Under the pieces are notes generated by a model. It did not search any database and was not told the origin of the DNA. It saw only the letters and a list, made by a program, of their open reading frames with translations. DNA of 64,000 nt from Candidatus Woesearchaeota archaeon. GTDB taxonomy: Archaea > Nanobdellota > Nanobdellia > SCGC-AAA011-G17 > UBA489. Position numbers and translations under genes: made by a program. Shown in pieces: positions 35,910 through 45,230 of the stretch (position 1 is the stretch's first letter; each line of letters begins with the position of its first letter). Where the stretch lies: assembly GCA_016845225.1 (NCBI GenBank), contig JAERTB010000010.1, positions 12,294 through 76,293 of the forward strand. The letters run 5' to 3'.

Positions 35910-36149
35910 GTGATGAGAGGGATTAAAATTAAGAAAAGGGCCGGTTCTTACACTACCCACAGACTATTGACTTTTTTGGCTGTGATGTTGGGAATCTTAA
36001 CAACTATTTTACTTTTTAATTCTTATTCTATTACAAGTATTACTGGGTATAACGTTCTTGAAGAATTATATGGTAATCTTGCATCAATGATATTATTATT
36101 AGTAATAGTTATCTTAATTGCAATTTATTTAAAATTAGTAGAAAATTAA
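35910..36149 (+). CDS. Possible small 2-TM membrane protein on the opposite strand between S27e and L44e genes
   Basis: 79-aa ORF in an otherwise empty 320-nt spacer; composition only, weak. Confidence 0.25.
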   Translation: MMRGIKIKKRAGSYTTHRLLTFLAVMLGILTTILLFNSYSITSITGYNVLEELYGNLASMILLLVIVILIAIYLKLVEN

Positions 36150-36466
36150 TTTTGTGTTTCTATAATTAATTTTCTTGATCTTACTTTTGAAGATTTTACT
36201 TGCATTTTTTTACAAACGCTACATTTTAATCTAAAATCTGATTTTTTAGAAGTTTTAGCTCCAGTTCTCTTAAATGCGGAGATAGCTTTTCTTGATTTTG
36301 AACCGTGATTACCAAAACCTGCCTTTCCTCTTCCCCTTGCCGTTAAACGAGCCAATGATCCTGCCTTTAAGGTTCCTCTGTCTCTCTTTTTTGCAAGTGT
36401 TAGAGTATACTCTGTTTGTGCCTTACAATAAGGGCAAAATGTTTTGCTAACTTTAGGTATTTTCAA
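36146..36466 (-). CDS. rpl44e: Ribosomal protein L44e
   Basis: CPYCKAQT...CSVCKK zinc ribbon; Lys/Arg-rich; 106 aa. Confidence 0.9.
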   Translation of the reverse strand: MKIPKVSKTFCPYCKAQTEYTLTLAKKRDRGTLKAGSLARLTARGRGKAGFGNHGSKSRKAISAFKRTGAKTSKKSDFRLKCSVCKKMQVKSSKVRSRKLIIETQN

Positions 36467-37100
36467 TTTTCATTTCCTCTGCCCGTTTTCTCTTAATTAA
36501 CAGTCCTGCTGTTTTTTGTGGGAGAAAGGACATTTCTTCCTTTTCGAATGGACCGTACGTATTTAAATCGTCAGCCACGAATTTTGGAACAGGATGAAGG
36601 AATCTTATCATCTTGTTTCCACTAGATGCCTTTTGTTCGGTTTTTATATCTTTTGGTAGTTGTTTTTTTTTGGCAATTTTTATTTTTTTGCCTTCTACCG
36701 CATTCTTTAGTATTCCGTCTCTATATGTGTTTAGAAGTTCAAGAACCTCTCTGTAGAGCCTTTTTTCTTCTTTTAGCATATTTGTGCCAGATTCTCTTAC
36801 TTCTGCTCTGGAAGATAACATTGCTAAATTTATTATCTTATTTTCTCTCTTTTCATAAAACTCTTTTAGAATTTTTCTTGCATTTTCTAGTTGTAGTTGT
36901 GTTTTTTTTGAATCTCCGGAGAATATGGAATTTGAGGTCTTTTCTGTTTCTAATACTGCCGTCTTTTCTTGAAGATATTGGCTAGTTTGCTCAAAAAAAT
37001 CATCATCTAGTTTTTGCAACTCTTGGTTGATTTTTTCTTTTCTAAGTAATTCAAATAGGGTTTCAAAGGTTAACATGTGAGGTTCTCCAGGAATGTTCAT
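36453..37100 (-). CDS. GINS complex subunit (Gins51/Sld5-Psf1-like)
   Basis: N-terminus LTFETLFELLRKEKINQELQKLDDDFFEQTSQYL resembles the archaeal Gins51 A-domain start (L..E.L..i.r.E......L..L..dFy...). Confidence 0.55.
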   Translation of the reverse strand: MNIPGEPHMLTFETLFELLRKEKINQELQKLDDDFFEQTSQYLQEKTAVLETEKTSNSIFSGDSKKTQLQLENARKILKEFYEKRENKIINLAMLSSRAEVRESGTNMLKEEKRLYREVLELLNTYRDGILKNAVEGKKIKIAKKKQLPKDIKTEQKASSGNKMIRFLHPVPKFVADDLNTYGPFEKEEMSFLPQKTAGLLIKRKRAEEMKIENT

Positions 37101-37148
37101 TTGCAGGTATTTATTAAATTTTAGGTCAGGAAGGCTTATAATAGAATC

Positions 37149-38081
37149 TTGGAGGGTTTATATATGAAAATTAAATATATTGAAGAAGATTTTAGAGTTA
37201 AGGAAATCCCTTGTTTTGAATTAAAGGATTTTGGAGAATTTGCATGTTTTAAATTAACTAAAAAAAATTGGAATACCTCTTCAGTAATTGAAAAGATTGC
37301 TGAAAAATTAAAAGTGGCTACAAAATCAATGGGTTATGCAGGTAACAAGGATAAGTTTGCAATAACTGAACAATATATTGCCCTTCCTCTTTCTGAAAAC
37401 GAAGTTGAAACAGTGGAAAATTTAAATTTAGTAGGCGTATCAATTAAATTTGTCGGGTGGTTAACTGAAAGAATAACTCTTGGATTTCTTAGAGGAAACA
37501 AATTTAAAATTGTTGTTAGACAATGCGATAATGAAAAGGAACTTCTTTTTGACAAAGTTAAAAATTTATATGGACCTCAAAGATTTGGCGTTGGAAATCA
37601 AAATGTGGATGTTGGCCGAGCATTATTGAAAAAAGATTTCGAAAAGGCATGCCACTTACTTAAACTTAAAACTGAAGGTAGAAATTTTGTAAATGCTCTT
37701 GCAAATGTTGACACAAGAGCTTTAAGAATTTATATTAGTGCTTATCAGTCTTGGTTGTGGAACCAAGTTGCAAAGAAGGTTGAAAACTTAGAAGAATTAG
37801 AAGTTCTTGGTTTTCTTACAGAATTTGAAAATTCTGAAGTTGAAAAACATTATCAAGAAATATTAGATATAGAAGGTATAAAAAAAGAAGATTTTTTGAT
37901 TAAACAATTAAAAAAAATTAGCATGGAAGGTACTAAAAGAAAACTCTATTTAGACATAAAAAACTTTTCATATGTTTGGGAACCTGACGATTTATTTTCT
38001 GGAAAAAATAAGTGCACTCTTTTATTTGAGTTGGGCAAGGGATCATATGCCACTGTTTTGATAGATTACTTGTTTTATTGA
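37149..38081 (+). CDS. truD: tRNA pseudouridine(13) synthase TruD/Pus7-like
   Basis: EDFRVKEIP ... MGYAGNKDKFAITEQYI (TruD GxKD/T.Q catalytic-Asp motif). Confidence 0.75.
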   Translation: MEGLYMKIKYIEEDFRVKEIPCFELKDFGEFACFKLTKKNWNTSSVIEKIAEKLKVATKSMGYAGNKDKFAITEQYIALPLSENEVETVENLNLVGVSIKFVGWLTERITLGFLRGNKFKIVVRQCDNEKELLFDKVKNLYGPQRFGVGNQNVDVGRALLKKDFEKACHLLKLKTEGRNFVNALANVDTRALRIYISAYQSWLWNQVAKKVENLEELEVLGFLTEFENSEVEKHYQEILDIEGIKKEDFLIKQLKKISMEGTKRKLYLDIKNFSYVWEPDDLFSGKNKCTLLFELGKGSYATVLIDYLFY

Positions 38082-38117
38082 ACTTGGAAAGATATATAAA
38101 TTTGCAAGTGCTAATTT

Positions 38118-39878
38118 ATGCATATGAGGGGTGCAAATAGAGAGAGGAAGTTACTTCATGAGCATGAAGCATTTTTGTTTACATTTTTAACAATATTTTT
38201 ACTTGGAGGGTTTGCTCTTTGGGGTGCAGACGTACAGGCAGTAGAATACTATCTGGATGGTACTGAACTTTCTAGTGATGGATTGAATGTTGTTGATGTA
38301 TTGCTTGAAGAAGGAAAAATTGTAGATATTTCTGTAAAAAATTCTGAAAAAGAAGAATTAGTAGAGTCTGCAATTGTAATTTATGAAGTAGACTTGCAAT
38401 GTAATTTATTAACGTCTGAAATTGAGTCTGGATGCGATTATTTGTCATTGAATCTTCCAACTGTTACGACACTATATCCTGAAGAAATTGCAACTGTGGG
38501 TTTAGAATTTTTTCCTGAAGAAAAAGTGGAATTAAGTGCAGTAGTAAATATAATTACGAATAAAGGTGTAAACTCTTTTAGTTTTGAATTTAAAGTTGTT
38601 GATGAATTAGAAACTTTAGATGTAGCAGAATTAGAAGAATCTGAAGAAAACCCTATTTTAGATTTGATTGAAAGGATTGTTGAAATGGGGAAGGAATTGA
38701 CTTCAGTTGAAGATGTTCCTGCTGAAATATATACTGGTGAAAAATTAGAATTAGTTGATGATGAAACTTCTTTAGGGTTTACTGACTCTATGTTAAATTT
38801 TGGTCCATTGAATATTGAAGAAGGAGAACAAAAAACAAAAAGGCTGGGGATTGAAAACTTAGGTTTAGAGGAAATAGTTATCTCTGGAGTGAAAAAAGAT
38901 GAAGCACTGATTATTGATCCTTCAAAAAAATTGACGATTCACAGTGGTGAACGAGTTTATATTGAAATAACTTGTGCACCGTTAGAAGAAAAAACCATTG
39001 ATGATTTAATAATTTTAGAAACCAATCTTGGAGAAGTAGAACTTAAAACATATTGTGAAGGAGTATTAGGAGAAAGTGGAGTTGTGGATGAAGTTGCTCC
39101 AATTGTTACTATTTTGAAACCTTCTGAAGGAAAAGTAAAAGATTTAGTTGAAGTTTCTATTGAAGCATTTGATGAAGGAAATATCCTTGAAGTGGCTGTT
39201 CTAAAAGTTTATTTTAATTCAATCTTAATGAAACGATTCGTTGAACCCACTGATGTTTCAACAAATAAATATGAATTTGAATTAGATATTTCTAGGTTTT
39301 CAGGTATTGGTGAATTAAGGGTCGAGGCTTTGGATCATGCTGGAAACGTTGGAGTTTCTAGTACTATTACTTTATGGATTGAAGAAGATTTAATCGATGA
39401 CGAAGTTGAATTAGTTGAACCCGAGATTGTTGTTTCTTATCCTGATGGTGGCTTAATTGGTTCGCCTAATTTGTTAAATGCCCAAGGAATTAGTGGAGAA
39501 GTAGATGTTGAAATTAAATTTGAAACAGGTGAAGGAGATTTTAATTTTAAATTTAATGGTGGAGATGCAGATAAAGTTGATGAAATAGAAATTAGTTCCA
39601 AAGATATTAACTTTAGAGATATTTCTGAAAATGTGAGAGTGATTGATCTTCCTGATGATTTATTAAAAGAAATGATTATTTCTCTTGAAGCTGAGACAGT
39701 GATTCTTCCAATGTTTAAACCTGTGAATTATGTTGCTGGAGAAAGAATAGATATAGCATACTACAGAGAAGATGGTACACATTTTGCAATAAGTTCTGAA
39801 AATATTTTAAACTTTTTTGAAGAAGGTGATTTGTTATATGTTGAATTTGCAGGGGACGCATTAGTTTCAAATCTTTAG
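38118..39878 (+). CDS. Large acidic secreted/surface protein, N-terminal signal anchor
   Basis: FLFTFLTIFLLGGFALWGADVQAVEY; 586 aa, Glu/Asp-rich, beta-rich. Confidence 0.55.
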   Translation: MHMRGANRERKLLHEHEAFLFTFLTIFLLGGFALWGADVQAVEYYLDGTELSSDGLNVVDVLLEEGKIVDISVKNSEKEELVESAIVIYEVDLQCNLLTSEIESGCDYLSLNLPTVTTLYPEEIATVGLEFFPEEKVELSAVVNIITNKGVNSFSFEFKVVDELETLDVAELEESEENPILDLIERIVEMGKELTSVEDVPAEIYTGEKLELVDDETSLGFTDSMLNFGPLNIEEGEQKTKRLGIENLGLEEIVISGVKKDEALIIDPSKKLTIHSGERVYIEITCAPLEEKTIDDLIILETNLGEVELKTYCEGVLGESGVVDEVAPIVTILKPSEGKVKDLVEVSIEAFDEGNILEVAVLKVYFNSILMKRFVEPTDVSTNKYEFELDISRFSGIGELRVEALDHAGNVGVSSTITLWIEEDLIDDEVELVEPEIVVSYPDGGLIGSPNLLNAQGISGEVDVEIKFETGEGDFNFKFNGGDADKVDEIEISSKDINFRDISENVRVIDLPDDLLKEMIISLEAETVILPMFKPVNYVAGERIDIAYYREDGTHFAISSENILNFFEEGDLLYVEFAGDALVSNL

Positions 39879-39887
39879 AGGTATGTT

Positions 39888-41030
39888 ATGAAATTTAATT
39901 TAATTTTAGTTATGTTGTTTATTTTTTGTTCTTTTGTTATTGCTGGTCCTGGACCTATTGAACCTGAACCATTGGCGCAAATAATTGATGAACCTGCTAA
40001 CACTGTGCAGTATAAAGCAAACAAACCATATACTGCCTGGGATGGAGAAACAAATAAATCTAATATTACTGTGTTGACAAGACTTGATGTCGGAGGAATT
40101 GAATATCCTACCGGCCAAGTAAATATTAATTTTAGAGATTTGAATGATACGCCTAAAAATGCATCGCTTGCTAATTTAGTAGTAAACTTAGATTTAACAA
40201 ATAAAAAAGTATTGTATCATGTTTCCGATGTGCCTGCAGCTTCTGGAAATTTAGATATTTATATTGAAAATGATCCAGATTATAATGCAATCCATATTTG
40301 TGAAGGTGCAGAATTATTGGCCACAATTGGAGACGAATTATGTGCTGCAAATGGCGGAACTCCAAAAACTATTTTTCCTAGGGGCGATACAAAAGGCTAT
40401 ACGGTTACATCGGTGCATGACCCATTAACAAATAAAGATTATTGGAAAGTTGAAGGCTTAAGTGGTACTGGTTTACAGTTATTTAATATTTTGTTTGGTG
40501 GTGCAGGGGGCCCAGATACAATTGAAGAAGGAGGCACATTAGACTTGGATGAAGATGTTGAAAAAGAATATGTTTCTAAGGAAAACATTGAATATTTTGT
40601 TAGATTTGAAGAAAAAGACTATAGGTTTGTAGTAAACTATGTTGATTCAGAAAGTCAATATGCTTCAATTTATTCTCATGAAGGAGATTATTCATTTATT
40701 GTGTCTAAGGGGGATGAAGAATTGTTTGATTTTAATAAAGACGGGACTTCTGATGTTAGATTAAACATTATTGAATTAGATTATCCTCACGTCTATGCAG
40801 AGCTTTTAGTGATTGAACCCAAAAAAGAACAAGGTATTTTCGAAAGAAGTGAAAAAATAGATAGGACCAGAGAATATCCTTCAAATATAGGAATTTGGAG
40901 TAAATTTGTGAAACTTGCAGGCGGCACATGGACGCAAGTAATTACTTTTTTTGTACTTCTTATATTGGTTGTTGGTTTCTTTGGCGTAATCGGTTGGAAA
41001 TTAATCTCTAAGATATTTAATGCAAATTAG
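39888..41030 (+). CDS. Secreted surface protein with N-terminal signal peptide and C-terminal TM anchor
   Basis: MKFNLILVMLFIFCSFVIAGPGPIEPEP; C-terminal WTQVITFFVLLILVVGFFGVIGWKLISK. Confidence 0.55.
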   Translation: MKFNLILVMLFIFCSFVIAGPGPIEPEPLAQIIDEPANTVQYKANKPYTAWDGETNKSNITVLTRLDVGGIEYPTGQVNINFRDLNDTPKNASLANLVVNLDLTNKKVLYHVSDVPAASGNLDIYIENDPDYNAIHICEGAELLATIGDELCAANGGTPKTIFPRGDTKGYTVTSVHDPLTNKDYWKVEGLSGTGLQLFNILFGGAGGPDTIEEGGTLDLDEDVEKEYVSKENIEYFVRFEEKDYRFVVNYVDSESQYASIYSHEGDYSFIVSKGDEELFDFNKDGTSDVRLNIIELDYPHVYAELLVIEPKKEQGIFERSEKIDRTREYPSNIGIWSKFVKLAGGTWTQVITFFVLLILVVGFFGVIGWKLISKIFNAN

Positions 41031-41076
41031 CTTATTTCGCTAAATTTATATAGCTCTTTTTTATGACATTTATAAG

Positions 41077-42159
41077 ATGTTTAAATTTTTGAAAGATAAA
41101 GTAAAAGGCGCAATTAGCAAGATTAATGAAAAAGTAGAAGATGTGCCCGATGAAGAGATCGAAGTAGTTGAAGAAATAGTAGAAAAGAAAGAAGAAAAGA
41201 AAGAAGAAAATAAAGAAGAAAAGAAAGAAGAACTTGAAACTAAACCTGTGGGCGTAGAAGAAGTAGAAGAAGTAAAATCTAAAGGGCTATTTGGCAAGAT
41301 TAAACAAAAAATTATTACAAAAAATATTTCTAATGAAAAATTTGATGAACTTTTTGAAGATTTAGAATTTGCACTTTTGGAAAATAATGTGGCGCTTGAA
41401 GTTATTGATAAAATAAAAAATGATTTGAAGGTAGAGTTGGTTGACAAACCAATTAAACGAAAAGAAATAGAATCTAAAATTCTTGAAAGCTTGAAACAAA
41501 GTATTAATAATTTATTTGAGGTTGATTCAATTAATATTGTTGAAGAAGTAAAAAAGAAAAAAGATGAGCCGTATGTGATTTGTTTTGTTGGAGTAAATGG
41601 TTCAGGTAAAACCACTTCCATTTCTAAATTGGCGAATCACCTAAAGAGTAAAGGACTGAGTGTTCTATTAGTTGCAGGTGATACTTGGAGAGCAGCCAGC
41701 ATACAACAATTAGAAGAACATGGAAAAAACTTGGATATTAGAGTAATTAAACATAACTATGGAAGTGATCCTGCAGCTGTTGCGTTTGATGGAATTAAAG
41801 CAGCAAAATCAAATAATGTTGATGTTGTATTAATAGATACTGCAGGAAGGCAACACAGTAATAAAGATTTAATGAGAGAACTTGAAAAAATAATTAGAGT
41901 TTCTACTCCTGATCTTAAATTATTTGTTGGAGAAAGCACTACAGGAAATGATTGCGTGTTACAAGCTCAACAATTTGGAGATGCTGTGGAATTAGATGGG
42001 GTAATTTTGACAAAATCTGACGTTGATGAAAAAGGCGGTGCTGCAATATCTATAGGGTATGTTACAGGTAAACCTATTTTATTTTTAGGAACGGGCCAAG
42101 AATATGAGGATTTTGAAGAATTTAATGCAGATAAATTTTTGAAATTCTTGGATCTTTAG
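41077..42159 (+). CDS. ftsY: Signal recognition particle receptor FtsY
   Basis: Acidic N-domain, GTPase motifs GVNGSGKTTSISKLA, DTAGR, TKSD. Confidence 0.9.
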   Translation: MFKFLKDKVKGAISKINEKVEDVPDEEIEVVEEIVEKKEEKKEENKEEKKEELETKPVGVEEVEEVKSKGLFGKIKQKIITKNISNEKFDELFEDLEFALLENNVALEVIDKIKNDLKVELVDKPIKRKEIESKILESLKQSINNLFEVDSINIVEEVKKKKDEPYVICFVGVNGSGKTTSISKLANHLKSKGLSVLLVAGDTWRAASIQQLEEHGKNLDIRVIKHNYGSDPAAVAFDGIKAAKSNNVDVVLIDTAGRQHSNKDLMRELEKIIRVSTPDLKLFVGESTTGNDCVLQAQQFGDAVELDGVILTKSDVDEKGGAAISIGYVTGKPILFLGTGQEYEDFEEFNADKFLKFLDL

Positions 42160-42173
42160 TTTATTTGTTTTAA

Positions 42174-42186
42174 AAAGGTTTAAATA
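42174..42186 (+). promoter_or_regulatory. Archaeal BRE/TATA promoter (aaaGGTTTAAATA) for the 42209 gene
   Basis: Same consensus word, 23 nt from the ATG. Confidence 0.5.
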
Positions 42187-42208
42187 TGTATAACTTTCTT
42201 TTATTATT

Positions 42209-43246
42209 ATGGTGAGAAAGAAGAGTGTGAAACATAAAAAGAATACTAGTTCTAAACATGTTAAAAAAGTTAAACATCCTGTTAAAAAAATTAAAAAACA
42301 TATTGAGCCGCATCATCCAGATTTTGTACATAGTAGATTTGTTAAATTTTTAATGTATATAATTTTATTTTTAGTTTTAGCCTTGGCACTGTTGGTGTTT
42401 TTTTCACCTAACTTAATTCAATATGAGAGTCCAATTGAAGATGGGCTGGTAGAAGTAGATTCTTTTTTGAAAATGAATGGTGCAGTCTGTACATGGGAGG
42501 ATGATTCATTTAATATTTGTGCAAATGTTAATTGGGCTGGAGCAAATAATGATTATCTTAAATGCGGATTTGGTGGAGAAGTTAATGATAAGAGAATGAT
42601 TTCAAGTCCTGTAACTTGTTGTGGAGATGCCGGTGCTGAAGCAGGAATTAAATTAGTTAGATCATTTTTACATAACGAAGATGGAGAAATATATGCAGAC
42701 GATAGTTTGACTGTTGAATGTAAAGGGAAACCTAAGAAACAAGTTACTGCACCGCTGCCTTCATTAACAACTACCTATCAAAAGAGTTTTTGGTTTATTG
42801 CTAAAACTGAAGGAATATCTTCTAGTTCAATGGGCTCAGAATATATTGATTTTCCTGGAAGAGTAAAGAGTTGTGAAATTGTAGGTAAATGGGTAACTGA
42901 AGAAAGAGTTGGTACCAATAGGCAAACTGATTATTGTGGTGGTGCTGAAGGAGTATTTTATGGTGCAGGTGACTTATTTGAACAAAATGTATTTAGTGAT
43001 CCTGGAAACTTTTGGTGGGCAGGTCAAAATAAAAGATTCTTTGATCCTGAAGGTGAACTTCATCAAGATGAAGGAATATTTGCATATCTTTGTGATGAAC
43101 AATATATTGCAGGTCCAAGACACTATGTTAAAGGAAAGTTTACCGGATTCCAAACTGAACAATTAAAACTAGATTGGGAATATTTTAGTAATTATCCAAA
43201 ACCAAAGGTTGATATATTTGTTGATTTGAAGTGCCAAATATATTAA
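42209..43246 (+). CDS. Signal-anchored secreted Cys-rich protein with very basic cytoplasmic N-terminus
   Basis: MVRKKSVKHKKNTSSKHVKKVKHPVKKIKKH... then TM FLMYIILFLVLALALLVFF. BRE/TATA aaaGGTTTAAATA 23 nt upstream (leaderless). Confidence 0.55.
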   Translation: MVRKKSVKHKKNTSSKHVKKVKHPVKKIKKHIEPHHPDFVHSRFVKFLMYIILFLVLALALLVFFSPNLIQYESPIEDGLVEVDSFLKMNGAVCTWEDDSFNICANVNWAGANNDYLKCGFGGEVNDKRMISSPVTCCGDAGAEAGIKLVRSFLHNEDGEIYADDSLTVECKGKPKKQVTAPLPSLTTTYQKSFWFIAKTEGISSSSMGSEYIDFPGRVKSCEIVGKWVTEERVGTNRQTDYCGGAEGVFYGAGDLFEQNVFSDPGNFWWAGQNKRFFDPEGELHQDEGIFAYLCDEQYIAGPRHYVKGKFTGFQTEQLKLDWEYFSNYPKPKVDIFVDLKCQIY

Positions 43247-43283
43247 ATTTCTTTTAAAGAAAGGTTTATAAGTTTAGAATTAC

Positions 43284-44015
43284 TTGTGGATTAAGGAGAG
43301 AGGGATTATGAAAGAACACACTATTTTTGCAACGGTATTTTTGATACTTGTTGTTGGATTCGTATCATTTAATGTTGGCGGAGCTACTGGTGAAGTTTTT
43401 GATGATAAACCTAATTGGAGAGCATTTGGTGAAAGATATTCTGAACCTGTGACTACTGGAGGGTATTCTGCAAGAGAATTTGAATCTACAAATTTAGTGG
43501 CAAATATTCCTGAAACCGGGTACTCTGATAAATATGGAAAAACTGAAGGTGTAGTTCTTGGAGAAAGGCCTATGTCTATCTATGGTGCAGATACTTGGAA
43601 TTTTAAAAATATTTATTCTGATATCGTTGACACAGAATTAGATTATTCTACTTTTAGAAATTGCATACTTCAAGCAACTTCTAGTAGGAATCAAGTCACT
43701 ATAGAAGAAGCAAATTATAAATTGAGGAATCAAAAAATGAATAAATACTGTCCTGATGCTAGTGAATTGGATATTGATAAAGATGGAATACTTTCAGTTG
43801 CAAGGGATAATAAGGCTTTCAAGGCTGGGCAAAGAGGATTGTTTACAGAAGGTTGGGGTACAATAACTTCTGGTAATTTGCTTTGTAGTAGAGTTGGAGA
43901 AACGTACAAAGTTGGTGGAAGGCTTGGAACATGTACTGAAACAGAAAATACTCCTTGGTCTCCAAATACATATTACTCTAAAAATAAGAGAATTGGCGTA
44001 TTTGAATACATTTAA
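43284..44015 (+). CDS. Secreted protein with N-terminal signal peptide
   Basis: ORF-track start is TTG; the ATG at ~43308 (MKEHTIFATVFLILVVGFVSFNVGGATGEVF) has aggagagaggg upstream. Confidence 0.5.
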   Translation: MWIKERGIMKEHTIFATVFLILVVGFVSFNVGGATGEVFDDKPNWRAFGERYSEPVTTGGYSAREFESTNLVANIPETGYSDKYGKTEGVVLGERPMSIYGADTWNFKNIYSDIVDTELDYSTFRNCILQATSSRNQVTIEEANYKLRNQKMNKYCPDASELDIDKDGILSVARDNKAFKAGQRGLFTEGWGTITSGNLLCSRVGETYKVGGRLGTCTETENTPWSPNTYYSKNKRIGVFEYI

Positions 44016-44061
44016 TTTTTAACTAATCCAATGGAAAGTTTTATTAATTAACTATCTACTG

Positions 44062-44718
44062 GTGGTAATTATGGTAGAACTTAATGAGTCCACAAAAAAA
44101 ATATTATTATTCTTAGCTTTGGCTTTATGTTTGTATTTTATTGTTTTGTCCGTTAGTTCTTTTTTTGGAGAGGAAACTGAAATTAATTTAACATTAGATG
44201 AAAGTGAGTTAGATAATTTAGTAGATGAAGTGGAAGGATTAGATGGAGAATTTTTAACATTAGATGAAATTGTTGAATTAACTGGGGCAAAAATAGATTA
44301 TATTCAAAAAGGAAGTATGAAAATTAGTTTGGATAGGATATATGTTGATGAAGCAGATAATACTCTCTACTTTGATGTTATTGGAGAAGATATGTTCTTG
44401 AATGAAGAAGATAGTAAAGATTCAGGGAATTTCTTTTTTAGAAGCCCATTTTCATGGACTGCAAATCTACAGTATTTTAGGGGAGACTCACATGAATTAT
44501 TTATTTGCGATTACTCTGTGGAAGGAAGATTCTGGAATACTACCTATTGTATTAATTTGGATGAATTAGAAGATAACTATTTTGGGCAGATTACTCGTTT
44601 CGTATATACTGATAAATCTGCAGCAGATATTGCTGAACTTACCCCTTTGACATTAATGAAGCAACAAAGAACTTTTGTTTATGAAATCTCAATACCTCAA
44701 GACTTTTATAATAATTAA
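44062..44718 (+). CDS. Acidic secreted protein with signal anchor
   Basis: GTG in track; ATG ~44071: MVELNESTKKILLFLALALCLYFIVLSVSSFFG. Confidence 0.5.
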   Translation: MVIMVELNESTKKILLFLALALCLYFIVLSVSSFFGEETEINLTLDESELDNLVDEVEGLDGEFLTLDEIVELTGAKIDYIQKGSMKISLDRIYVDEADNTLYFDVIGEDMFLNEEDSKDSGNFFFRSPFSWTANLQYFRGDSHELFICDYSVEGRFWNTTYCINLDELEDNYFGQITRFVYTDKSAADIAELTPLTLMKQQRTFVYEISIPQDFYNN

Positions 44719-44732
44719 GAGATTTATTCTTT

Positions 44733-45122
44733 ATGTCAAAAAGAGGACAATCATTACTTGAAAGCTTTATGTTACTAATTATCATAATTGGTGCAGTTAT
44801 GCCTATATTATTCTTTTCTGCAGATAAATTGGGCAGTTCCTTTAGAATTAGTCAGGCAGAAGATTCATTAAACAATGTTGCAATAACTGCAAGGGCCGTT
44901 AGTTCTTTGGGTGAAGGAAATTCGGATATTTCTGTGATTTCCATTCCTGAAGGTATTGAAGATTTTTATGTAGATCACGATACGTTGATATTTATTGTGA
45001 ATAATGAAGAAATAAAAGTAAAACTTGGGGGAGAGATAATTGGAGAATTACCCACTGTTGCAGGCATTCATGAAATAAAGGTTAAATCATTGCCTGGCGG
45101 GAAAATAAAACTTGGAGATTAA
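44733..45122 (+). CDS. Type IV pilin-like protein (class III signal)
   Basis: MSKRG|QSLLESFMLLIIIIGAVMPILFF; Glu at +5/+6, 129 aa. Confidence 0.65.
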   Translation: MSKRGQSLLESFMLLIIIIGAVMPILFFSADKLGSSFRISQAEDSLNNVAITARAVSSLGEGNSDISVISIPEGIEDFYVDHDTLIFIVNNEEIKVKLGGEIIGELPTVAGIHEIKVKSLPGGKIKLGD

Positions 45123-45230
45123 TTCTTGGCCATATTTCTCAAATTTCATTTATTTGGCCATGAAAATGGCGCTTTGTTTGTTTTTTTATTCTTGGGTAAT
45201 TTTATAAATGTGGATTTATGCCATTAAAAC

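Noticed and set aside
36626-36985. 119-aa plus-strand hydrophobic ORF
   Set aside because: Antisense to the GINS-like gene; Leu/Phe-rich reverse-strand artefact.
41070-41621. 183-aa minus-strand ORF, Ser/Phe-rich
   Set aside because: Lies entirely antisense to the well-supported FtsY gene (acidic N-domain); low-complexity translation of the reverse strand of GAA/AAA-rich codons.
45123-45230. Repeated TTGGCCAT words upstream of SRP54 (possible structured RNA / SRP RNA?)
   Set aside because: Only two short copies in ~60 nt. Far too short for SRP RNA and no Alu/S-domain-like helices could be drawn, so treated as promoter-region sequence.
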